Assembly: GCF_009834535.1 (NCBI RefSeq)
Contig: NC_045696.1
Span: forward strand, 90,832,001-90,896,000
Origin: Camelus ferus
Lineage: Eukaryota
Reading direction: 5' to 3'
Length of the DNA: 64,000 nucleotides
Position numbers and translations under genes: made by a program. The notes under the pieces are model-generated. The model did not search any database, was not told the DNA's origin, and saw only the letters and a program-made list of their open reading frames with translations. Positions 13,300-24,983 of the stretch are shown piece by piece (positions within the stretch are counted from its first letter, which is position 1; every line of letters begins with the position of its first letter).

Positions 13300-14830
13300 T
13301 TTATCTGATTTTAAAAATACTAAAATGAGAGTAAAGGATAAAAAAGTATGAGTGCACCAGGATAAAAAGACCAGAATAGAAAACAACAGGAAGACAAGTA
13401 GACAAGATATGTCAACAAATTTTTAGCAAATGAAAAACAGATGCAGGATTTAGATTAAGAAAACTGAATACCCAGCAACTTTAGAGAATTCCAAGAGGAG
13501 AAAAGCCAATTTACATAGCAAAAATCAGAAGGGATCAGGAATTTGAGACACTAGATACCAGAGCTGGCACAATGAGGCATGGAACTAAAAGACAAGGGAA
13601 TTGGTTGAAATCTGTAAAGGAAGTAATCTCCCAGGTCCCCTTCCCCATCCAACCTAGATAGGTGACTATTATTCCCCATTCCCAGCAGGAAAGATGGTTT
13701 ATTTTGGAAAAATGATGAAACACCAGGTGAAGCACCAGGTCCAGGAGCACAGTAGAAGAGGGCAGAGTGATGCTTGACTAAAAGTTAAAGGGAGTAAGTG
13801 AAAGTCTACAATCTAATAGCAAATACTATAGCCCTCTGTGTGCTTAGATCCACCAATTTGAACAGAGGATTCTTTTCTGAAAAAACTAAACAGTACCTAG
13901 AAGAAGATATATAAATATTTAAAAGGTCTCCCCAAAAAAAGGCCAAGCCCTCACCCAATCACCCTATATCCAAGCCCACAGTTAAAAAGCCCAAGCCTTA
14001 AACACAGTAAACTTTTTTGTAAAACTTTTTTCTGATAACTTTTCAGTAATTACACAACAAAAGAAAAACAATCACAGGATGAAAGCCTTCATCATACTAG
14101 ACAGAAACCAAACAGGAAAAAAAAAAAGCAACTCATAGTAAACCAGGAACAAGCAGAAGAATAGGAGGAACATCCATAGAAAAGGAGACAAAGCTTAAAA
14201 TTTAAACAAATGATACTTTGTAAGAAATACAATACAGTTAGAAGATACTACCAAAGGACTCATGGAAAGTAGAAAGAAAAAGATAAAAAATTGGAGGTAA
14301 AAGAGTATCAATCCAGAAAGTACAATATCCAATTGACAGGCATTCCAGGAAAAAAAAAAAAAAAAAGCATAGAAAAGAGATAAAGAAAATTATCCAAAGA
14401 ATAATTCAAAACAATTTCCGAAACTGAAAAACAAGAATTGCCCTAAATCCCTGGGACAATGAATTAAAAAAAGACTATACTAGACATACCTCATTAAAAC
14501 TTCTGACACCAGGAATATAAAGAAGACCCTAGAAACTTCTAAAGATTAAAAAAGAAAAAGGAGAATCACAATAAAAGGCATCAGGCTTCTCAGTAGCAAT
14601 ATCACAAACAATGGAGACTTGCCTTCAAAATTCCAAATGAAAATTATTTTCAACCTAGAATCTATATCCAATCCAAACAGAGATCTAATATTAGATCAGA
14701 ATAAAGACATTTTCAGATATGCAAAGGCTCAAAATTATACCTCACAGTCACTCTTTTTTAGGGAAGTACTGAAGGATGTGCTCCACCAAAAGAGAGACTA
14801 AACAAAGATGATCTACATTCAGAGAACAAG
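13300..14830 (+). mobile_element. Ancient L1/HAL1 5' region and ORF1 relic
   Basis: ORF1-like motifs GGCATTCCAGG, ATAATTCAAAACAATTTCC, GCATCAGGCTTCTCAGTAGCAA, TTTTCAACCTAGAATCTATATCCA. Confidence 0.6.
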
Positions 14831-14941
14831 TGACCTAACACTCAAGATAGGTTAAAGAAGTTCCAGAATGATAGCAGGGATTCATCAATGAACAAGACAC
14901 AAAAAAATCCTTGCCCTCAAGGAGCTTACATGCCAGTATAG

Positions 14942-16358
14942 GAGCAGTTCTCAAAATGGGTTCTAGAAGCCCCTGAGGGGATCCCAAAGACCTCAGGGGA
15001 TCCAAAAAATCAGAACTATTTTCATTATAATAGTAGCATAATTTACCTTTTTCACTGAGTTGACTCTTGCACTGATGATATAAAAACAATGACAAAACTG
15101 CTGGTGCCTTAACAGGAATCAAGGAAATGGACCAAACTGTACTAGCAGTCATTGCATTCTTCACTACAACACATAGTTTTGTTTTTTCTTTAAAGGGGTG
15201 GGGTGGGGGGGCAGTTTCACTTAGAAATGTACTTGATAAAGCAGTAAAAATCATTAATTTTATTATATTTCAACCCTTGAGCACACATCTTAATATTTTG
15301 TGTGATGAAATAGGAAATACACATAACTACTGCTGCAGACTGAAGAATGATGGTTATCTTGAGAAAAGCATTTGTGCAACTGAATCACAAGTCGAACTAG
15401 CTGCTTTTATCATGAAATACCATTTTTAAAGAACTGACTATGATTATTCAGACTTGGGTATTTGATAGTCATTTTCCTAAAAATGAATGGAGTCATTTAC
15501 TTCAAGGAAAACTGACATTATTTGTTGCCAATGATAAAATTTGAGCTCTCAGGCAAAAATTATAATGTTGGGTAACTTGTATTCACCACCATGAGACTGA
15601 AAGCTCCTCTGAACGTAAAGATTTCTCTGATGAGATCAGCAGTGATATTAGTAAATGTGAATTTTTAAACTATTATATAATGAAGGGTGTCAACATTTGG
15701 AAGATACGCGTGTCAGTGAACCAGTATTTTCCAGTAGGCCAGTGCTGTACATGAATGTCACAGAATCATGTACGAGTGAAAAATCCACTCACAGTGCAAG
15801 ACAGACCAACAGATTTTAATGTATAGAGCATGAAAAGGTCACTGATATAGTTTCAAATACCACATTGCAACCAATCTTTAAGAAACTACTACCTGACAAG
15901 TTTTGGTGTATTAAAGAAGTAGTTACCAGAAAAGGTTACTAAAATATTACTTTTCCAACACCATATCTGGGTGAATCCAGATTTTCTTCATATACTTCAT
16001 TCAAAACAACTCATCCCAAAAGACTGAATGCAGAAGCAGATAAAAGAATCTGTCTTCTATTAAGCCAGGTATTAAAAATTTGCAAAAATGGAAAATAATG
16101 CCATTTTTCTCACTAAGTTTGTTTTGTTTTGGAAAATATAGCTATTTTTCATATCAAATATGTTATTGATGTTACCATATAATGGATTTATTATCACTAT
16201 CTTAAGTGGATTAATAAATATTTCAAAATTTTCTGTTTTAAGTACTATAAGAGCAGTATTCTAGATACAGCCCATACAGATAAAAAGTTCCTGGGGGGTC
16301 CTCAATAATTTTTAAAAATGTAAAGGGATCCTAAAACTAAAAACTATGAGACCCACAA
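14942..16358 (+). mobile_element. Charlie1(a)-like hAT DNA transposon
   Basis: Termini GCAGTTCTCAAAAT... and ...AACTATGAGACCCAC; transposase remnant LRNVLDKAVKIINFI in ORF 15127-15429; TATTCAGACTTGGGTATTTG motif. Confidence 0.8.
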
Positions 16359-17369
16359 CTCTAAGGTACCTACAGTCATTTCCATCCTCCATTATGTCCA
16401 GCTTATTAAGTCTCTGTATAAGGCATAAAGAAGCAGAAAAGAAAGAAAAGGACACACATCTAATTATGCATCTTGCCAGTGACCAAAAAAGAGAGAATTA
16501 GAGGTGGGTATAAATTTTTCTATGTTTTAATTTCAAGTAACATAATTCATCCATATTAGAATGATTACACTTAACTCAGAAAAGCTAATGAAAGATATAA
16601 ATGGAAGTTCTTCTTCCTTAGAAGAATTGAGTGAAAAAATGTTGAAAAACCACTGTCACAAAACTACAAATATTTTTTCAAGCAACACGTTTACATTTCA
16701 AAAGATTATATTAAAGTATAATTAATTGCAAAAAGAGAAAGTAAAAAACCACCATATTTCTTTATTATGGTTAACTTTAAATGTTTATTCAGAAAAGGAA
16801 GTTAACACAAAAAATAAATCAGAGGTAAATCCAAAAAATGTCTTCTCTATCAATGACAGTACTGAATTCCTACCCACCACCCTAGATATACACTTACCTC
16901 CAGATTTCCATAATGTCACTAGCATATAATTGAATATATTTGCTCATTCAAGTCATGGTGGTCAATTTATATTACACATTCCTAGTAAGGAAAAACTGTT
17001 TTTATTTAACTCTGTTGGTAAGGTACAATGGATAGAAAGACATTAAAGCTCTTTCTGATAAAGGCAATGATGAATTGAGCACAGATTCTTAGCAGTCCCA
17101 GAACCTAACAATTTTTCAATCTACCTGTAAGCTGAAAAGGCAACACAGGGACAGAACTCCTATGGCTCTCAGTTTTTGGTTCTCACTCCAGTCTCTGTTA
17201 TTTCCTGGTTGTAGCCTCATGATCACAAGCCATACCCAACTACTTCCACTACAGAACTGAAGCCATGGCAGACTACAGCAAGACATCAATTTACAAAAAC
17301 ATCTTATTGTAAAGTTTAGGAGACTGATTCAAGATGTAGAGCCAAAATGTGGTCATTCGAAAGAGAACA

Positions 17370-17885
17370 CAAAAGCAACCTAAATGTCTATCAACAGATG
17401 AATGGATAAAGATGAGGTATACATACACACACACTGGAATATTACTTAGCCATAAAAAGAATGGAATAATGCCATTTACAGCAACATGGATGGACCTACA
17501 GATAATCATACTAAGTCAGTCAGTCAGAGAAAGACAGGTATCATAAGATATCACTCATATGTGGAATCTAAAAAATGATGCAAATGAACTTATTTACATA
17601 ACAGAAACAGACTCACAGACATAGAAACAAATTTATGGTAACCAAAGGAGAAGTGAGGGAAGGGATAAACTAGGAGTTTGGTACCAACATATACACACTA
17701 CTATATATAAAATAGATAAACAACAAGGGTCTACTGCATAGCACAGAGAATTGTATTCAGTATCTTTTAATAACCCATAATGGAAAAGAATCTGAAAAAG
17801 AATAGATATATGCAAAACAATCACTTTGCTGTATACCTGAAATTAACACATTATATATCAACTACACTTCAATAAAAAAAAAATC
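17370..17885 (+). mobile_element. L1 3' end (artiodactyl-type), 5' truncated
   Basis: KQPKCLSTDEWIK...MPFTATWMDL ORF2 terminus, 3' UTR, AATAAA and A tail. Confidence 0.9.
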
Positions 17886-19149
17886 ATTGATTTAAAAGAA
17901 AGAGAGTTCAAAGGCAAACACAAGTAGTTCCTTTGTTTAGTTATCAGTAAAGGTACAAGAAAGTTATCTTTTTCAGAAAGCAAGCAGAGAGAACAAAGAT
18001 TCCTAAAGGATATGACAGCTTACAGTTATTTCTTCACTACTCATTCATTAGTATACCAAACTATAATCTTTTTTATCTTGGACACATGACCAAAAAGAGA
18101 TGGGTGGTGGGAGAACAGTCATTTAAATGTTAAGTCCACCTCCAAAGGTAGAGAAAAGTGAAAATGGGGTTAACACCTTTTAGCACAGGGAGAAATCCAT
18201 AAACAAATACAGAACCACCCAAAGGCAGTAAAAGAACTAAGATAAAATTCTAGCCTAACAAGCATAATAAAGCAAAACTCAAAAGAGGTACAGAACTGTC
18301 AAAACACTCCTCCCAGCACAACTAAAAATTTGCAGACTAGCATCTTTTTTTAAAGCATTATCAGTCATAGGAATTTCCTCTCAATGGTTTGAAAATGAAA
18401 GCAGGAAACAGATCTATATATCTAGTATAACAATCTTATTACAGAAGTTTTCCAACTCATTACACAACTTTTTGCTGGGACTAATCAAGTTGGTAAGGCC
18501 AATTAATAGGTGTCAGCTGGCTTATCTTTCAGTTTCAAACATTTACAACCTTCTTTTAGAGAAACACACAGTAATGAAGTGCTACCACTTAGCAGGAAAT
18601 CTCCTTTGCCTGCAAAAAAGTGAATATTTATAGACTCTAAGGCTAAAGGGGCTTTCAAAGGATACCCAGTTTCCTCACAAGGTTGCACCTGTCACATCTG
18701 CTCCAATCCTTAAACCTGAGAATTCTGCATATCTCCTTCACTTAAGAGCTTTTCCGGCTAAGTTCAAACATGACAACTTGAATACTTTTTTGTGACAACA
18801 TATTTTAAGTTATTTAACTACCTGGTACCTAGTTAGTTGAAACACAAATAGGTCACTGCTAATTCCGAAAATGCAAAAAACAAAAAAAAATTGATTTCCA
18901 GTGTGCATTTAAAGATATATAACCTCAGTGGGAAATAAAGGTTGACCTAAAATCAAGACCAGGCACTATGTGTAACACTGTATTATAACCTCTCACCAAA
19001 GTAAACAGTTTAAGGGTAGTCATATGCTCTTGGTCTACGACCACAAGGCCACAAGTCCTGAAGTCAAGGAAATAGATGAGTTTTTAAGGCAAGAATATTT
19101 ATTCGTTAAGGAAGGAAAGTCTATTTCACCTTTCACTATCTCTCCTCTC

Positions 19150-19940
19150 GGCAAGCGAGGGAGACCCGGGAAAGAAGGGGTGAGGGGGTCGGGGAGGAGT
19201 TGGAAGGGGAGGCGGATTTAGAGACAGCGGAGTGGATAGGGCAGAGTGCACCAGGTGGCAGCCTCCCTCTCGTTTCGCCCTACCTAGAGCTAGTGACGAA
19301 GCACCGTTTGCATATTACAAGACGAACCCAGAAACCCAAAAGCAGCTATTAAGAATCAGGGATTGGGGACAGGGGTGGGGGTGACAGGTGGGAGAGACGT
19401 CAAGGAGAGAAGCGAGGGAAAAGAGCTGGCTAACTCTCCGTCACCATCTCTAGACTCAGGGCCTAGCCGGAGGCCTGCGACTGAGAACCACCCTAGAGCC
19501 ACCACTCTAAGGCCCCAGCTTGGACCTCGAGGGTCAGAACCCGCCAGGTGAGGAGCGCATGCGCACTGTCCCGTTCCGTAAGCCGCGGGGCCGCCGCCGC
19601 CGCCGCCACCTCCCGTACAGACTGCGCCAGGCCCGCGCCGCCTCACGCCGGAGCAGGGCCTCGGAACCCCTCAGCCAGGGAAGCCGCCTCCCACGCCCCG
19701 GACGCGGGCATCACCTGGATCTCGGCCTTTGGGCTTACACCGCCCGTAGACTTGGAAGCGCCGCAGACGCGGAAACGTTTCTTCAAATCTGGGCGCCGCC
19801 GGCGTCCTCCGAACTTGCTTCAGTTTAATCTCACCGCCTTCCTGGTTCCAACGCCAGGCAGCGTCAGCCGAGCTTTCGAGTGCATCGATGGAGACGGCCA
19901 GGCGTTAGGAGTGCCGAGGGAGTAGATTGTCACGCCGCCA
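19150..19940 (-). promoter_or_regulatory. RSRC1: RSRC1 promoter CpG island
   Basis: High GC/CpG; NRF1 palindrome GCGCATGCGCA 19555-19565; (GCC)n 19590-19607; no TATA; lies upstream of the first coding exon. Confidence 0.85.
19445..19600 (-). other. RSRC1: Probable RSRC1 non-coding exon 1 (boundaries uncertain)
   Basis: Exon 2 has only 2 nt of UTR so an upstream exon is required; candidate donor GAGATG|gtgacg at 19445/19444. Confidence 0.5.
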
Positions 19941-22900
19941 ATTTTTTGTTTGGTGTTGGTTTTACGTGCTTGATTATTTTATTTTCTTGTTACCAAAAAG
20001 CAATAAAGGTGGGAACTGAAGAGTGTTGCCTTGGTAATCGTCCTTATCATCACAGATAATAAGTAAACAAATATGCATCGTAGGAAGTTATGTTTACGAC
20101 ACCCACACGTAACAAAATTAGTTGTTTCATGCTGGGAGGGGAGGAAACTGGTCCAACAATAATAAATCATGGGAGTGTGTCTGTATAGCGTCAGAGTCGC
20201 GTGTGATTACATTGTAATGATTTATTTATAAAAATGCATTAAAAGTCGGGGTTACTTCTGCCCTGAAGGTGAAGGCACAGGTTGGGTGCATATTTGTTTC
20301 TCACGTTATAGTAATTGGTTGGTAAAGGAATGAAAGAAGACCGCCCGAGGCAGGGAGAGGAGGTTTCTTCTGCAAAAGAAATTAAATGTATAGGCTTTTT
20401 GTTGTTGTTTAAACCTATAGAAATTAAAGCAATTCAGCATTTTATGTAACTCATAAGACTATCTGTCCTTGTATGAAGATCATTTTTTCCTTATTTATTC
20501 TAAGTAAGCAATTATAAGGAGGTAAATTGTTGGCCTTGGTTTGGGTCGACTGTGAGAATCAACTCGTTCACAACTGCCATATACCTAAGGTACAGTTTTG
20601 CACAGACATGTGAGATGGTGAAAATCACCTCCACAAATATATTTCTCATAAATGACTGTTCGTTAACTAACCCGTTTTGAGAGACCGTTTTAAAGCTTAA
20701 CTACAATACTACATGTTTATTTTAAATAATTCAACAGCTGGAATGGGGAGGAACCTTTGAGGTCCTGAATTTTATTGGAACCTGTATACCTGTCTGCAGG
20801 CTGTCAACTGAACTTTACTCTCAATGTTTTTTACTAAAACTGCATTTTGAAATGTCCTGTCTCTGGAATATATTTGCAATTTAATGAAACAACATCATTA
20901 GAACTTGGTAAGCATTTATTAGTATATGATTTCAAAGCCTGGGTTTGGGGGGGGGGTGCTTAAATTTCCCTTAGGCCAGTAGGAATCCATGGTTAGACAC
21001 TGCAGATCTCTCATAGCTCCATCTGATATGAACACTACTATTCATAAACATACAAAGAGCAACATGCCAGCAAAATCTATGGGAAAATCTATTTGGTATG
21101 AATTATACACTATTGTATCAGAGCCTTCCCTGATTAGCTTTAAATTGGTCGTCTTTCTCTCAAGTTCAGAAGATGGAATTTGAATTCAGACTTAAAAGTC
21201 ATGTGCTTGAAAGGGCAAAATAGTAGTGAGTCTCCTGATCCCTTAACAGACTTTTAATAGTGGCTGTTTTGGAGCTGTTTGTGAATACATATTGAACACC
21301 TCAGTTTGAGTGTTACTTGAGCACTCCATGCATTCAGCTGACACCATTATTTATCACTCTGCTAAATAACCTTAAAAACAGATTTTCATACAGGATTAAA
21401 GTTTTATGGTTATTCCCCGCTGATAATACAAGAATTAAAGTGGTCACAAATAGTAACCTAGTACTAACTAAAATCATGTTTCTAAATTCATATAACTTTG
21501 GATAGTATATTTGAGTCTCTTTTGTAGTGTAATAAAATAAAAGCAAGTACTCATAATTTAATACATAACAGCTATTGCTGTTGGAAACCTAAAGATCTTA
21601 ATTATTTCTCCAAAAAGTATCAATAGGTGAAATGTTTTAAAAAGAAAAAAGAAAACTTCAGAATTCAAGAGAAAAAAGGCAAAGTAACAATTCTAAAAAG
21701 TATGATTTCCATCTTTCTTAAATTCATCAGCTGTGAACATCTTAATCTGAGTAGTGTAGTATGAGAGTTATAAGTAGCCTCTATTTACATATATTCTAGA
21801 AACACTAGTATATTAGGTTATAATATACTCTCTTATTATAAATGTTTCAGTTTGCTTTGATGGAACCTTTCAAAGTATCTGTTAACTTTGTTTTAATGCT
21901 TTAACCAATGGGTGGAAGACAGAAATCACAGTTCTATAATTGCTTTTAGTTTTACTAACAGTATGAGATCAAAAAATAAGAACAAGTTACTTTTAACATC
22001 AGAAAGCCTGTATTAATATTCAGACTACTCAAAAATGCCACACTTGAAGAGGCAAATTTATGTACACCATCAGGTAAACTTTCCATATACAAATATCCTT
22101 ATGTGAAGGATACATATATGGCCACATTTCTCACAGCAAGCCTTACACAATATGGACAAGTGGCTCAAGAATGTAGGTGTGTCTTTCCATATTACAAACT
22201 GTTTTGATGAAAATAGTCCAGGGATATAATTCTAAATCGTAGCTTAAAGAGAGAGGGAGAAAAAAACCTTTCTCATGGCTACCATTTCTTTTTGAATACT
22301 CCACGATAAATAAAATTATATGGGGAACAAACAACGTCGATTTTTTTTTTCAAACTCAAAGAGTTTTAATCACTTGCTTTTCAAAATTAGGAAATCAACT
22401 AGAATGTTTCCCATGATGCTAAAGAAGAGTTTCCCTAGTTCTTTGTGGGAGGGGTCCGGGTGCAGAGAGTAAGGGAGAAGGGGTAGGGGTCCTGAAACCT
22501 CAAAGAGGGAACGAAGTTAAACTGTCCTTGACCAAGCAGGCGCTAAGGAAATACTTTAAAATGGAATCTGTCAGCGAACAGCTGCTTGGGAAATGTGTTA
22601 AATCGACCGGCGGCTTCGAAACGGGTTTGTCCGTAGAGGAGTCAGCTTGGTCTCCACGACGCGAATAGCCGGGTGAATCACAAACTCCCTGGGGTGGGGA
22701 GCTTGGTGACGACCCAGGCTCAGCTCTGGCTGCGGGCCGGGAAGCACCTAAAAGGAGCTGCGCGGGCCTGAGAAACTGTCGAAGACCCTGACTTTGGGCA
22801 AGGTTCTGAAGGCAAGATGCCAGGATACAAGGTTTCGAGTGGGGATTGGGGGACCGGGGATGGAGGAATGGGATACCGGGTCAGGATACGGAACTGGGGT

Positions 22901-23545
22901 GCGGGGCGCCTGATGCAGGGCAGGGGGGCCGGGCAGCAATGCGGGGCCGAGCTGTTGCGCGGCACCCTGACGCGGGGCGAGGACATAGGGTCGGATGCCA
23001 AGTCCGGATACCAGACTGACTCCAGGAGCCGCGCACTTGTCAGTTTCCTCTTGGCCACGCCCCGACTGAATAAGTCCAGCTCCCCAGTGTTTAACTAAGT
23101 CGTGACACCAACGCAAAATCCACGCCTAATTAAATTAATTAGGGATTCTTGTCAATCCTGGATTAATGGCCAAGAGCTCAGGCGGCCGAGGTATCCGAAA
23201 ACCCGGACGGCCTGGGACTTGTCTCTTCTTCCCACCCCCTTCGGTCCCCCTTTGCTGTCCTCCCACTCTAGCCCCAGCCAGCTTCGACTCCAGCTTTAAT
23301 CAATCTCAATCTCGCTTTCCTTTCTTTCTATCTCTCCCTCTCTCTCTTTTTTCTCTTTTTCTCTTCCTCTCCTCTCTCTCCCTCTCCCCCTCTCCCCCTC
23401 TCCTCTCTTTCTCTCCCTCTCCCCCCACCTCCCAACCCCACTCCCCCACCCCCAGGTAGTGGCGCGGGTGCTTCCCGGGAAGGGGCTCCCTGCGAGTTGC
23501 GAAGGGGAGGTAATTTACTCAGAACAAGGGGCCGCCTTTGCGAAG

Positions 23546-23553
23546 TATAAATA
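23546..23553 (+). promoter_or_regulatory. SHOX2: TATA box; predicted SHOX2 TSS near 23577
   Basis: TATAAATA in GC-rich context about 380 bp upstream of the ATG. Confidence 0.65.
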
Positions 23554-23929
23554 GTGAGACTTCAAGCGCTGTGTTGCTATCAGATCTGAACTCTCCGCAG
23601 GAAGAATTGTCAAAGATCTTAACATTGAACAAGCGCGCTCCGGCAGGGAAGCATCAGTTCCCATTTCCCTCCGGCGGCCCCCGCCCCTTCCCTCTTCCTC
23701 TTCTTCCTCCTCCTCCTCTTCTTACTTCTTTTTCTCCTTCTACTTCTCCTGCTCCTTCTTCTTTCTTCTCTTCTTTTTCTTCTTCCTCCCCCACCCTCTC
23801 CTCCCCTACCCTCTGCCCCATTGATGTGTTATTATTGGGGGGGCTGGAGCAATAAAAAAAGAAGAAGGAAAAAAAGAGCGGGGCTCGGCTGGGAGAGGTT
23901 GAGCGCGGGGCTGACTGGCATCGGCAGCG

Positions 23930-24272
23930 ATGGAAGAACTTACGGCGTTCGTCTCGAAGTCTTTTGACCAGAAAGTGAAGGAGAAGAAGGAGGCGATCAC
24001 GTACCGGGAGGTGCTGGAGAGCGGGCCGCTGCGAGGGGCTAAGGAGCCGACCGGCTGCGCGGAGCCCGGCCGCGACGACCGCAGCAGCCCGGCAGTCCGG
24101 GCGGCCGGCGGAGGCGGCGGAGGAGGAGGAGGCGGAGGCGGAGGAGGCGGAGGAGGTGTAGGAGGAGGAGGAGCAGGCGGAGGAGCTGGAGGAGGGCGCT
24201 CTCCCGTCCGGGAGCTGGACATGGGCGCCGCCGAGAGAACCAGGGAGCCGGGCAGCCCGCGGCTCACCGAGG
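23930..24272 (+). CDS. SHOX2: SHOX2 coding exon 1 (343 nt; poly-Gly tract)
   Basis: gcgATGG Kozak; [32 protein letters not shown]; donor GAGG|gtaacg. Confidence 0.97.
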
Positions 24273-24955
24273 GTAACGGCCTGACCCCCGGCCGCGGTTC
24301 CTTTTCCCGCCTTCCTGACTCCTCTTAGGCAGGAGAGGACCCCAAGGCCCAACGGGGAGGGGGGCGGAACTCGGAGAGGGCCCTTGGATTCCAGCTTCGG
24401 CTGCTAGAGTGATGGAGGGGTGGGAGTCCGGTGGTGTACACGGTCGTGGGTGGGGTCCGAGTGTGTGTGTGTGTGTGGTGGGGGTGGTGGGGCGTGTGGG
24501 GTGTGCGCGCTCCCTTCTCAGTTGCTCCCGCTACTTCCATTTCACCAAAACGCATTTTCACCAACCGGAGGATGGGCCCGCAGCGCTGACGGCCCGCGGG
24601 TGGATGGGGAGGTTCGCAGGGCCGGGCTGCGGGAGGGGGTGCTGGCAGCCGCTGGGCCAGGCGGCAGGATTAAGGTTAGCATCTATCGCCGAGTTTGTGG
24701 GAGTCCCTTACCTAGGCCCGAGGAAAATGAAAAAGAGAGGAAGGGGGTAGAGAGAGATTGGGATTTCACCCTCGAGTCGCCCCAGGTTTCGGGCCGCCGC
24801 TAAGAACCACTCTAACTCCGCGAAGACCCTGGATCCCTGAATCTTGGGGGCCAGAACTTCCCATTCTCTTAGAGCTATGAAGGGAGAACGAAGCCAAGGC
24901 CGGCTAAGGTCCAGGCTGTGCTGTTTCTTTCGGTGGACACTTTAGGCTCTTGTCT

Positions 24956-24983
24956 GTTTGTTTGTTTGTTTGTTTGTTTGTTT
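24956..24983 (+). repeat. (GTTT)7 microsatellite
   Basis: Read directly. Confidence 0.9.

Larger units (their letters stand above)
22560..24900 (+). promoter_or_regulatory. SHOX2: SHOX2 promoter/exon 1 CpG island
   Basis: CpG-rich; TATAAATA at 23546-23553; polypyrimidine tracts; homeodomain motifs. Confidence 0.85.

Noticed and set aside
15127..15429. 100-aa transposase-like ORF as a ZBED-type gene
   Set aside because: Short decayed remnant within a Charlie1 element
23654..24352. Antisense ORFs of 232 and 153 aa over SHOX2 exon 1
   Set aside because: Poly-Ser/poly-Pro shadows of the GGN repeat in GC-rich DNA; non-ATG starts and no independent coding signal
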